The notes beneath the pieces are model-generated. The model worked only from the letters and a program-made list of their open reading frames with translations. It ran no database searches and had not been told where the DNA came from. Below, in pieces: positions 13,201 to 24,922 of a stretch of DNA of 64,000 bases. Made by a program: the position numbers and the translations under genes. Numbering within the stretch: position 1 is the first letter of the stretch; each line of letters begins with the position of its first letter. The DNA comes from Gnetum montanum (taxonomy: Eukaryota; Plantae; Gnetophyta), in NCBI GenBank assembly GCA_015680685.1, contig MNCI01000851.1:383157-447156 (forward strand). Direction: 5' to 3'.

Positions 13201-15140
13201 CTACCAAAAGCATATTAAGTGGCGCCTAGGTAAAAGTGAATAAATAATGTTAAAATACCATAAAACACATGTAACTCTAATGCAATCAAGGCCATCCAAG
13301 GTCATCAATGAGATAAGGTCAATTTGGTAAAGTGCAATAGAGGTAAACAAGGATCACATAAAGGTTAAACAAGGAGACGTATTAGGCTAAAAATGGTCAA
13401 TAAAGTCCAAAATTTCACCAATTTTAGGCCTTAGTAGGCCATCTTGCTAGTTTAGAGTCTTGGAGAACTATGATGCTGATTTAAGGCCTTAGTGGGCCAT
13501 GGTTATATGGTGTCAAACGATGGTTAGGGAAGGTCAAACCCCACTATTCGATACCATTTAAAGGCTAAACAAAGGTAAATATAGCTATAATAAGATAAAA
13601 AATGAACATATAAGGTTGTATAAAGGCCATAAAAGGTCAACAATGTCATCAAGGAAACATAACTCCCAAAACAAGCCAAAACATTAAGTAATAAGGTAAA
13701 AATTAAGCAAAATAGGATATATATGATAAAATTTGGCTAATATAGGTAAAAAATGGTTAGGTTTTACCAGTGTTAGACCTTAGCAAGCCATGTGTTGAGG
13801 CTATAGGGCTATTAAGTGAGTTTAGTCATCAATTAGGGCTATTGTTGGGTTGTTTGGATCCAAAAATCAAGTGTTTTAAGGCTTCCATGCTAGGCTCAAC
13901 ATGGAAATAGGGATCCTTAGTGTGGAAAATAAGGAAAATAGGTTTTGGAATGATTACATGTCCAAAATTGAGGTTCCAGAATCATCCCAACATAGCATAG
14001 GTCATATCTCTAAAAAAATGAGCACTACGAAGGTCTGTAAAGGCCAAAAAGTAGGTTTTGAAGCCTTTCCCCGTTGTTTCCATGCTGGCCAACATGGCAA
14101 ATAGGGGGTTTAGCATGGAGAACAAAAATCAAAGTAGAAATAAGGTCAAACATAGTCAAACAGGTAGTTGGAGTCCATATCTAGAACTTATGCATCTTCT
14201 AGCTTCATTTCGAGGAAATTCGAGGTTATTTTCAGTGTCAATATGTGTCAAAATGGATTCCACCCATTTTCCATGTGGGGAATAGTATCCACATCATGGG
14301 AAAATAATGGGACACTTATTTTGGGAATTTGAAGTAATTTGGAGGCACTTTAACTAGGTTTCTAGGCCCCTAGGATTGTAGACTTCGATTTTGCAAGTTT
14401 TTGGTTGATTTTGAAAACATTTGAAGGATATTTAAGGGCAATTAAGGTGTTCCCCCTATTTTCACATTAGGGGTGTTATTACAATGTGGAAGAATGGTGG
14501 TAATGAATTTTGGAGGTTGAAATGAGGTTAAACAACCAAAATCTTGAGACTGTGAGGTCATAGGCTTCTCTAGTGTAGATCTTTGGCTTTTGGGAGTGTC
14601 ATCTTATCTCCAAAAATGAAAAAATAGCTTTTCCCCCTTGTTTTCATGCTATCAAAGTTACTCCAACATTTGAAAATCAAGAATCCTAGATCTCAACCAA
14701 TTTAGATCACAATGGACCATGCATGTTGCCTATCGAAGTTGCCAAGGTCAAGGGCTATTGATCCATGTCAAAATTTAGTAGTTTTGGATATCCCTAGGGG
14801 GTTTTTTGACTTCCCCCTTTATCTTCATGCTAGGGATGGAGAGGTCAGTGTCGAAAACTAGGGGAAACTACTTTGGACCATTTAAGATAAGTCTCATGAA
14901 GTTTAAGGGCTCTAATGACTACTACTAGGGTTCTAGAGTGCATGAAAGGTCATTTGATGCCATTATGAGGTTTTCAAGAGCTCCAAACAAGTCCCCCCTT
15001 GAGTCTCCATGCTAGGGATACCACCCTTAGCATGAAGAAAGGGATCCATAGTGTGGAAGAACCAAGAAACTCATATCTAGGAGAATTTTAACCTCAATCA
15101 ACTATGCATGTTAACCTCCAAGGTTACCAGGGTTGAGGAC
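13201..15140. repeat. Non-coding region with degenerate repeats upstream of the Tat pol (intron- or UTR-like)
   Basis: Recurrent CATGCTAGG, TAGCATGGA, TAGTGTGGAA and TTTAGGCC..GGCCAT motifs. No gag or protease similarity seen. Confidence 0.45.
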
Positions 15141-15149
15141 TAGGGCTTT

Positions 15150-16570
15150 GAATACGAAAAAAGAATGAGGGTTTTGAATTTAATAGCGACAACAAATGAG
15201 GTATTTGAACAAAAAGAAAGACATCTTTAATACATAGTAGACATCTTTGTCGCAATGTAAAATCACCAATAGACATTGTTCATACATAGTAGACGCCTTT
15301 CATTTGGAGTAGACTTCTTTGTGAAGATGTCTTTCTGAGGGAGGCTCAATAGGATGGGGTTTGTAGAAAAGTTTCCAAGTACTATATTCTTAATAGATAC
15401 TTACAAAAACAAAAAATTAACTTGACTTACCTACTGTTCCATTGAAAATTAAAGGTTCTTAAAAAGCTAGAGAAGGACTTTCATCTTTGGAGGATTCTCT
15501 TCTGAACCAAACCTCTTCAATGTCCAAGGCTTCACTTCCTTTCATGAATTTGTTAGTGAGAATTTTCTAGTTCCCCTATTCTTGCTTCTTAATTCTTCAT
15601 TATTTCTTGATTACTTTTTTCTTTTGAGTTGATGTTCAATCTCTCCTATGATCTTGGAAAAAGTCCTTTCTTGGTGCACTTTAATAAGACCACGAAGTTC
15701 TATGGTATGGCCAACTATTCACACGATAATACTTAAGATTGCAATCTCATTGTTTATGCCCTAATTTATTACAATAATAGCACCTAATCCTCTTATGGTA
15801 GTATGAATGATTACGATGATAACACAATTTAGGGTTCCTTTGATGGATATCATATCATTCACAATATCCATTCTAATAACACAATGATGATGTCTTTCTC
15901 ATCCCTTCCATCAATACCTCATATACTTTCATAGCCCAAGATTCCTTAATCATAGACTATCAATGCTTATTCTTCACAACTGAAGCATCATCTCCATGTC
16001 AAGACCCTTTCAACATGATGGATTATCATTTGAATGAGTTGATATTTGAAGGATCTGGCTTATGAAAACCTACCTTTTCAAAGTTTGAAAAGCTTATTGT
16101 TACCCTATAATCTTTGGCATCTTTTATTATCTTTTGCAAGTTAAAAGTCAAAGATTTGAAGTTCTCTATCCTTGCATGGCTTTCAACATGAGTTTTAGAT
16201 ATACTACCACTACATCACACCCTCCTTTTTTCACTTTTGCAACCGATGGAACTTAAGTGTGACTTGTTGATGCCTTACAATACTCTTGGTTACTAAGAAA
16301 AGTCACTATGACTCGTTAATAGATATGTCAACTCTTGGTCTACTCATGCTTCTAAGTGTAGCTTTGGTGCAACCTCAATGTCACTCATGCCTAGTTCAAT
16401 TTTGCATTTCAAGCATTAGCTGTGACCTTTCCTTAGGCACCTTGACCCAACCATGAATCCTAGAGTGCCTCGACCAGGCTTTTTGCCCCCTTTGTTTCTA
16501 ATTTAGTGTGACCTCTCTAGATCTCATACTCAACTTGCAATTTGCTTAGGGCTGACATTCAAGAAGTCAT
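15150..16570 (-). mobile_element. SIRE-like Copia fragment (gag C-terminal part plus spacer), paralog of ~39-40.5 kb
   Basis: The reverse complement of 15150-15560 aligns by eye with 40050-40480, including the AGATGTCT repeats and CAGTAGGTAAGT. The outer boundary is approximate. Confidence 0.7.
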
Positions 16571-17073
16571 GAATCAATTTCTCATCAAGATCCTTTCTAT
16601 GTGGAGTTTGATAAATGTAACTACAATTATGACTCCTACTGCATATACAATATTAAACTTACATGAAATTGAAGATTATGCATTTAGAAGTAAAATTCAA
16701 ATATAATTAAAAAAAAGAGTGTCTCGGATAAATTCAAGAATAATCCCAGAAAGCTATTCTATTGTTGGTTAAAACGTCTGCAATTGAATTCGTAATACCC
16801 ATCTGGATATCTTTGCTTTGATTTCTTACACCACTTCATCCTCAACTTATGCTTTGGGATTTTGTGACGGATGTTTCCATTTTTAAAAGAGGCGATGGGC
16901 ATACAGAAACCGAGAAACAGAAAATACAAGAATGTTATTAACGTGGTTGACAACAGACAACCATATATATCTTTCAAACATAGTAATACACTATCATAAT
17001 TTGCCGGTCCTTACTGTACGTTACTGTAAAGTCGTCTCAAGTAAATGTTTACCGGGATGAACCTCACATGTCA

Positions 17074-17208
17074 TACATTATAACACCGACCATGAACACC
17101 AATAATACATCATAAAATCCAGAAGACATAGCAAGCTCACAAATCTTACATTATAGCACTGACGATGAACGCCAATAATACATCATAAAATCCAAAAGAC
17201 ATAGCAAA
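17074..17208. repeat. Tandem duplication of about 75 bp
   Basis: ACATTATA.CAC.GAC.ATGAAC.CCAATAATACATCATAAAATCCA.AAGACATAGCAA occurs twice. Confidence 0.8.
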
Positions 17209-17440
17209 AACAATGATTTAGTGGTATAACTGTATAGATCTCGATTAATGAGTTCCCATCCGGTCACAAATTTACAAAACCCACTGCGTGGAGTCATGGA
17301 CAGTGCATATTTCACAGAGTAACCACATATGATGAGATTCCACTTGTAACACAGTAACCATCACATAACCGTTCGTAAACAAGAAGAAAAACACGCAAAC
17401 CAGACAAAAAAAAACTCATCAAGCAGACCAGAAAACCACA

Positions 17441-19468
17441 TTAACCATGGCGCACACGCTTGCTAGGGGACAGGGCCAACATCCTCTGCATATAATCCGC
17501 ACCACCACCAACATCTCCGCAACCTTCAGCATTTCCGAAGCCTCCAACACTATGCGCCGGAGATTCTTGATTCGAGATAAATTTTGACGAACTGTTTGCA
17601 TCGGATTCGGCAGAGAGCGTACAGAAGCGCATTGTTACGTATTTCATAATTTCCAATGAAATTTTGTCTAGATTTATACATATACATTGAAATGGTCCGC
17701 TTGCCTTGCCTCGTATTTGCCATGTCTGCATTTTGCATTAAAATCTTACATATCTTCTCCTGTTCTGAATCATACCAAAAATTTCATTTCATTGTTAAGT
17801 CGCAAGCAAGTAATCAAGATTCATGGCGTCGGCATGAAACGGACCACATAAAACAAGGGAGTACGAATAAATAAACAAACACAGGAAAATCACAAAAGGG
17901 CTACTATGGCAAGTTGGTAACCGAAGGACGAAGGGGCAAGTATGGGTCATAAGGAAAGTTTTGGACGGGGCGTGCAAGTAAAACATTGCGTTTGCATGGA
18001 TTCGCCTGGCTTTGGGAGCGTCAAAGGTTCCGCCATGACTCACACATTCACGCGTGTTTATTGTTCATTGCTGGTTTTTGCTCTTTTTATCGTATCTCTT
18101 CTGAAAAAAGAAAAAACAAAACAGGGTCACCGTCATGGGTCATGAGTCATGAACATGATGACGGATGGATGCTTGTTCAACTTTTTTAGAAATCTGTTTG
18201 CTTATANNNNNNNNNNNNNNNNNNNNNNNNNNNNNNNNNNNNNNNNNNNNNNNNNNNNNNNNNNNNNNNNNNNNNNNNNNNNNNNNNNNNNNNNNNNNNN
18301 NNNNNNNNNNNNNNNNNNNNNNNNNNNNNNNNNNNNNNNNNNNNNNNNNNNNNNNNNNNNNNNNNNNNNNNNNNNNNNNNNNNNNNNNNNNNNNNNNNNN
18401 NNNNNNNNNNNNNNNNNNNNNNNGTGCTACTCACAGGTAGTTGTTGAACAAAAGTATTAGCAGACCTGAGTTATAAATTTGGTTGAGGCTTGAGGCTTAA
18501 TTTCATTTTTGAAAATATTGGAACGAGTAATAAAAGGATTTCATTTTATTGCTGTCATTTTGGTTGTTGTAGAAATTATATGTTTAAGCCAGATTATGGC
18601 TCCTGAATAAGGAAATGGATTCAATGCCCTCATTACCTTTGCAAATTTTCTTGCTTCAATTTAATGGTGATATTGCAATCTTCTGTACAATTTTTAAGCA
18701 TTAGCAATATTTTGGATTTACATTGTACTTGTTCTATATTTTACAATGTATTTTTATGATATATAAGATTTAATTTTAAAAAAAAACTAATATATTTAAA
18801 TTCTCTATCACGTCCCAGCTATGAACCCGTGCGCACTTGTTCTTGAGGCACACATACCCAAACATGTTCAGAATCATGAATCCTGGATTCCTGGCTTCCA
18901 CGAATTGGATTCTTTTGATGCATAGCTCCAACATTTCCGTAACTAGAACCACCAACGTTTTTGGAACCTCCATCATCTTTAAGTGAACACATGATAAATA
19001 AACAATAAAACTTGAAGTATGTTCATCTGGAGGTGAAATTTGTCTCCCAATTCCAAATTTTGATCAGCCCCAAAACGACTAAACCTAGTTAACCAGTACC
19101 TACCTTTTTTCCCTCCAAATAATTTTTTGTTACGGTAGAAGCACAGTGAAAGAACGTGCTCTTGGTGTATTTCCATGTCTTGCATGACAAGCTTTTCTCC
19201 ACCAGATTCTTCGACTTTAAGTACATCAATTCCTTTTACTTGTGGATTATGAAACCATTCTTAAAAACGTTATTCCAAATTTAAAAATAAATACGAAACA
19301 TAGGAATATAAACATTAAGAGAGAAACGAAAGAACGGCAAAAGCATGGAACAGAGGGGAGTAGAATATGAGCAATAACCTGCCTATGTAGTATGTTCCAG
19401 TTCACCTGGTTGTTCCTCAATAGGAGCACAGCAACCAATATGAGCCAACACACTCTTACAGTAACCGT
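17441..19468 (-). pseudogene. Candidate multi-exon small secreted-protein or peptide-precursor (pseudo)gene
   Basis: CpG-retaining region with CTATAAA at about 19690. A hydrophobic stretch (ACG)VTVRVCWLILVAVLLL is followed by GT-AG exons 19259-19104 and 18976-18858, which join in phase. The terminal ORF ends ADYMQRMLALSPSKRVRHG*. An N-gap lies inside, the start codon is absent, and exon 1 needs a frameshift. Confidence 0.35.
18207..18423. other. Assembly gap (run of N)
   Basis: 217 consecutive Ns. Confidence 0.99.
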
Positions 19469-21625
19469 GAAGTTTGTAACCTGTTCGAATTATACTATTC
19501 TTAGTACGAGCAACGGCACGGGAGGGGGAGTTTTTCAATCCATCTGTGTAAATAAAGGAATTTTTGCGTGTTTTGGTTATCTGAGTAGTGTATGAATCGC
19601 CTGGACGTTTTTCAAGGAGGAGTATTGACTAACGCATTCACCACGGAGGATTTTTCCCAACAGAGCACTTTATCATGAGTTCTAGTTTATAGAGCTGTAA
19701 TTGCACTTTTCTGTTTGGTTATCCTTCTACGGTATTCTGCCAACACCCAAATTTGTTCACCGTTGATTTGAGCCGATGCTTGATCCGCGCAGAAAAAAAG
19801 TATTATAAGTATTATCTCCGGTGCAGAATAGAATCTTCAGCTTCTGCAGCTTTTCGTCCTTCCCTGTAGTACCAAGCTTCACAGGTACGCGTGAAGCCAA
19901 ATGCGCCAAGCCAGCGAGCATAACAAGTGCGACTGTTTTTATCCGTCCGAAATGATTATGGTTATTCGGCTGTCAGCGGATGTTATACGTAAGCCGACCT
20001 ATTTTATTTCACGGTGATGCTCGTGGATAACGTCTGTAAACATTTTTATTCAAACTTGTAATCGTACAAGTCCCGGTGGATGTGAACAAGATCCCTTGCT
20101 AGTTGTCATCTCATCTCTGACCTCTTTAATTTAGTAGGTATTGTTGGAATTAATAAGTTGATGATAGATATACCCAAGATCTATAGTAGTTTATAATTCA
20201 GTGCAAAGATTGAAGGGTTATCAAACCTAAAATAATTTGACTCTATGTACACTCCAAGATAAATAGTCAACATATTGCATTAAAAGAATTATGGAAAAAT
20301 ATAACAAAATACATTATAATTAGTTGCAATGAGGAAAATCTAAAAATTAATGTTTTATTGAAGTTGAAGAGAAAACAAAATGATAAATCTTCTAATGTAT
20401 TATATTGGCTATAATTCTTAGTGTACATATAATCAAACAAAATGATAGCCCAAAAAACATAATTAATTTAAGAACATCAAGAAAAATCTAGTCCCAGATT
20501 TTAGCATGAATGCTCAATTGGCTCTTAATATAAATAAATGGAAGAAAAGAATTAATATAAAACCCACAAAGTTTGAGATAACACCCAAATGATAATAATG
20601 ACTAAAAACTGGACAAATGGAAATATTCAAAATGATAGAATTATGAGTAAAAGGCAACCTATCACTGTAAAGCTTCTCTTATTCTTTTGAGAAACTAAAA
20701 TACAGGTGGTCCACATCATTCAAGACTAACATATCACTATAAAGTCCCTCATCCATGAAGTCCTCGTCATTCAATCTTAAATCATATTTTATGCTTTCAT
20801 AGGGCAAGTTTCGGGCAAATCAAATCAAATTGGTTTTTAACAAAGGAAAGGGCAAATTTGGGATATCAAATTGATTTTTAACAATCAAGATTTTAGCTGG
20901 GAATTTATCAAGAATTAAATTCTTGAAGGAAATGTTATTTTGCTCTTCCAATAAGCATCCAACAATAAACATGTGGAAATCTTCTTCATCATCTCTTCTA
21001 AACAAACTCCAAAGTTTGCTTATGGTACACAACATTGTTTTAACAAGATTAATAACATCAATCCAATTGCCATTAATATTCACAAAAATAAATTTACAAT
21101 ACCTAAATATTTCTACATCAAGTGGCATATGCACTTTCAAGATAGAAAGAGCATGTTAATGTTGTATGCTTTTAATAGTTCATCAAGATAACAAGCATGT
21201 TTGCAAATCATTGATGTTCCAATGTTGAAATAGTTCTTTTAAATGGTAGGCAGAACACAATTTCAAGCAACAATTCTTACTGCCGAACATCAAGAATGTT
21301 TGTAAGGCATCATTGGAAAGACATGAACTTGAATGACATTGAGTAGTTTAAACACTGAAGTTTTTTGGAAGCAGCCAATTAACTCTGAAGAAATAGCTGA
21401 GCTGTCTATCACCCTAAGGATAGGCAAAAGGATTTTCATTAAAAAAAAAAACTCTCACATCAAACAAAATCTAAAACCCAAGAGTTCTCATTATGGTACA
21501 GACAAATACGCTCATAAACATGTGGAAGCTATAAAAGAATGTTGCACAAAGAAAGGTGTCATTATATATTTTTGAAAGCTGAATGTATTTCAGCAAGAAT
21601 CTTAATATTTTGTTCCAACCGTAGA

Positions 21626-24514
21626 TCAAAACCGGGACTTTCATTTTCGAGCTGTGTACTTGGTATCTTGTGGAAAAGAGAACCCTTTATTTCTCCTCTC
21701 TTTTCTTCTTTAAAACCATGCACGTTTCTGTTGGAGAATGATTCAAACTTGATAGCTTTATTAACAGCTTCTTGACATTTTTTTGTTTTGAGATCATCAC
21801 TAAGATAGTGCACAGATTTTCTGTAATTCAGTTGCATTGTAAAGCCTATATAAAGGCGGTTTAGTATTGAATAATGAGTGGGACTTAAGCAATAAAAACA
21901 GAGCATTTGCTTCATGTAATCTTCTCTCTTTTGTTCTGGATTATCCTCTCCTTTGTCCCTCTGTTTTTGTTATCCCTTCCCATCAAAGTGGTATCAGAGC
22001 AGGTTTTCATTTCTTTGCTGGGCATGGGTGAGTAATTTGAGAGCAAAACCATCATGGCAACTGATAGCAATACTGTGAGTGTCTCTCAACCTATGATTCT
22101 TATCTTCACAGGTGAAAATTATGAATTCTGGAGCATCAAAATGAAGACTCTATTCAAGTCTCAAGATCTTTGGGACTTGGTAGAGAATGGGTTTGCAAAT
22201 CGTGATGATGAACAAAGATTGAAAAAAATAAGAAGAGAGACTACGGCACTCCTCTTCATTCAGAAATCTGTTCATGATTAGTATTTTCAAGAATTGCAGC
22301 AGCCACCATTTCGAAGCAAGCTTGGAGTATATTGTAGAAAGAGTTTCTAGGTGATTCAAGGGTAATTGCTGTGAAACTTCAAACTCTTCATCGTGATTTT
22401 GAAAGTTTGCTTATGAAAAATAGAGAATCAATGCAAGATATTTTTTATGTAGAACATCAGGGATTGTTAACTAAATGAGGTCCTTTGGAGAAAACATTAC
22501 TGATCAAACAATTGTTGCAAAAGTTTTAAGGAGTTTGACTCCCAAGGTTGACCATGTAGTGGCTGCAATTGAAGAATCTAAGGATCTCACCAATTTTTCA
22601 TTAGATGAACTAGTGGGTTCTTTGCAAGCACATGAAACAAGATTGAACAAGACAACTAAAAAGAATGAAAAAAAGGCATTTCATGTGAAGGGGGAGTCAA
22701 ACAACAAGAATGATGATGACTCCAGAAAAGGAGTAAGCAGAAGGCACGGGGGATATTGTGGCAGAGGCAATTGAGGAAGAGGCAGAGGAGGACGTGGTGT
22801 GTAGCATGAGCAAAGACAATCCTGTGAGAAACAAGAGACAATAAAGGCATCCAATGTCATTATTGCAAAAGGTTTGGCCATGTCAAAGCCTATTGCTAGA
22901 AGAGACAAAAAAATGAAAACCAAGCAAATTATGCTAAAGAAGAGGAAGAGGAGATCAAGCTATTTATGACCCAACTGGAAGATTGGAAGACTTCCAATGA
23001 TGTCTGGTTCTTAGATAGCAGCGGCTCTAATCATATGAGTGGCACACGATCATTGTTTAAAAAACTTGACGGAGTGACACAAAATGAAAAGTGAAGCTCA
23101 GAGAAGCTCAGAGATGACAAGCTAATGCTCTGTTTTTATTGCTTAATGCCATTCATTATTTAATACTCAACCAGTCTTAATATAGGCTTTACAATGCAAC
23201 TGAATTGCAGACAATTTCAGCACTATCTTAGCTATGATCTCAAAACAGAAAAATAGAAAATCACGGAACTAACAAACTGCACAACACCAAGTCAAGAAGC
23301 TGTTAATACAGCTGTCAAGTTTAAAACATTCTCCAACCAACCCTTTCCCTTTTTGGTAAACTTTTGTTTTTTTCTTGGCCTTTGCCTGCCTTCAAAGCCC
23401 ACCTGTTGAACATAAACACGATGTTTGTCAATATGTTATTTCTACAGAGATATTCAAACACAAAGTTGATAAATATTAAGAATGGACAACTCAGTTATAG
23501 CAATTTAGACTCAGAGTCTCGTCTTCTTCCTCATCAGTTTCACTACCTCCATCTTCACCCTTAGCTTGTGGAAGACTGCTAGTCACACTTGAGGACCACA
23601 CAAGAGGCATAAAAAATATTTCTTTACCGGAGTACTGCATTGCAAATTACGATGTGAAGATGATTTTTTTTAAAGAAATAAATCAAAGCTATTAACTCTA
23701 CAGGAACCATGCATAATAGAGTACCACGTTGAGGAGGAATACAACCAAAACACCCCACCTGACATGTTAAAAACTGCGGTGTCCAAGAAACTCGTCCGGA
23801 ACGCTCAAGCGGCGCGGGCCTGTCCTCTCAATCGGCGGACCCTAAATTCAAATGCATCATCTAAATTATATAACTATGCCTCTGCATGTTGTTTCATCCT
23901 TAAATTTGCTATGCCAGCACCTAAATAAGTATCTAAAAATTCTACAGTTTCAGATTTTGCTGTTAAAATAATGACAAAATAACAAATAGGAACAAAGCAT
24001 ACCTATGGGGATAATCCACAACCAAGTCACCAGAAAAACCAGATCGTTGTGCAGCAGAAGTTCTCATTTCAAGTTGAGCAGGGCTTTCAGAATATAATTG
24101 CAGTACAGCACGGGAACCTCTTGATAAACATTTTTTAACGTTCAAATGAAAGCTCTGTCGTGTTTTTGAAGATCGTTACAGAATTTCCAAATAAGAAAAG
24201 CTCATTTTGAATAACCGTAACGAACCAGATAAGAAAAGAAGACTATAAAACTTCAAATAAAAATGAACAATAACTTCGGCTATAAAAGATACTCTACTTC
24301 GATCGTAATCTGGGTTCATTGCAAGATTTGTCAGCATTGCACAGCCACCGCAAACAAATTTACAACTTAAAATCAGTTTGCACTTGTCACCGCCACAGAT
24401 AGTACCATGCATAGCTTCTACTGTGTAACTTAAAAGTCTTTCTGTACATGTAGAAACCTGAACAGCTGATATACTGATAGCACCATCAACAGTTCCTGGT
24501 CAAATTGATATCCC
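21626..24514 (-). pseudogene. BUD23: 18S rRNA m7G methyltransferase BUD23/WBSCR22 (plant RID2) pseudogene, 3' five exons
   Basis: Exons: 24514-24458 GISI*PGTVDGAISISAVQ; 24347-24298 WLCNADKSCNEPRLRSK (acceptor mutated to CGG); 24154-24003 AFI*TL..[43 protein letters not shown]; 23634-23515 KKYFLCLLCGP..LPQAKGEDG..EEEDET (donor mutated to CT); last exon 23402-~23340 VGFEGRQRPRKKQKFTKKGKG, continuing at 21724-21626 as RAW..KKK..RRNKGFSFPQDTKYTARK*KSRF*. Confidence 0.9.
21729..23340 (+). mobile_element. Truncated Ivana-like Copia: 5' LTR (21729-21985), PBS, gag and protease start, then an inverted partial LTR (~23121-23337)
   Basis: LTR TG...CA, perfect Met PBS TGGTATCAGAGC at 21989-22000, gag FTGENYEFWSIKMKTLFKSQDLW, zinc knuckle CHYCKRFGHVKAYC, protease WFLDSSGSNHMSG. 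The reverse complement of 23121-23337 matches 21730-21910. Confidence 0.88.
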
Positions 24515-24922
24515 CTAATGCAGTTGAACGATAATTACACATAAATAACCAAGATGAATTGAATCAGTTGACATACGATATAAACATTCTCACAATGCCA
24601 AGCTTATTGCAATCATCTGGGCCTGATTTCTTTTAATAAAAATGGGATGGGCATTCCAATAAGATGCAAATATCTCAAACAAATTTTCATTTTATTTATT
24701 ATGAAAATATGAAACATGTTTCGAATATTCTACTTATTCACATAAAAATTATTGTTCAAAGTCAAATAGGAGACATGCTGCTAACATTCTGGCAAAAACT
24801 AAATGCACCATAAATAAAATATTTATTAATGGGTTAAATGCTAATTAGGATAATCAGATATCAATTTGCAAAAAGAAATATGACAGACATTCACTGATGG
24901 CAGAAATAAAAAGAAATGCTAA

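Noticed and set aside
18149-18460. ORFs spanning the N run
   Set aside because: They are artefacts of the assembly gap.
23338-23360. PPT-like purine tract next to the inverted LTR
   Set aside because: It is BUD23 coding sequence (KKGKG), not a PPT.
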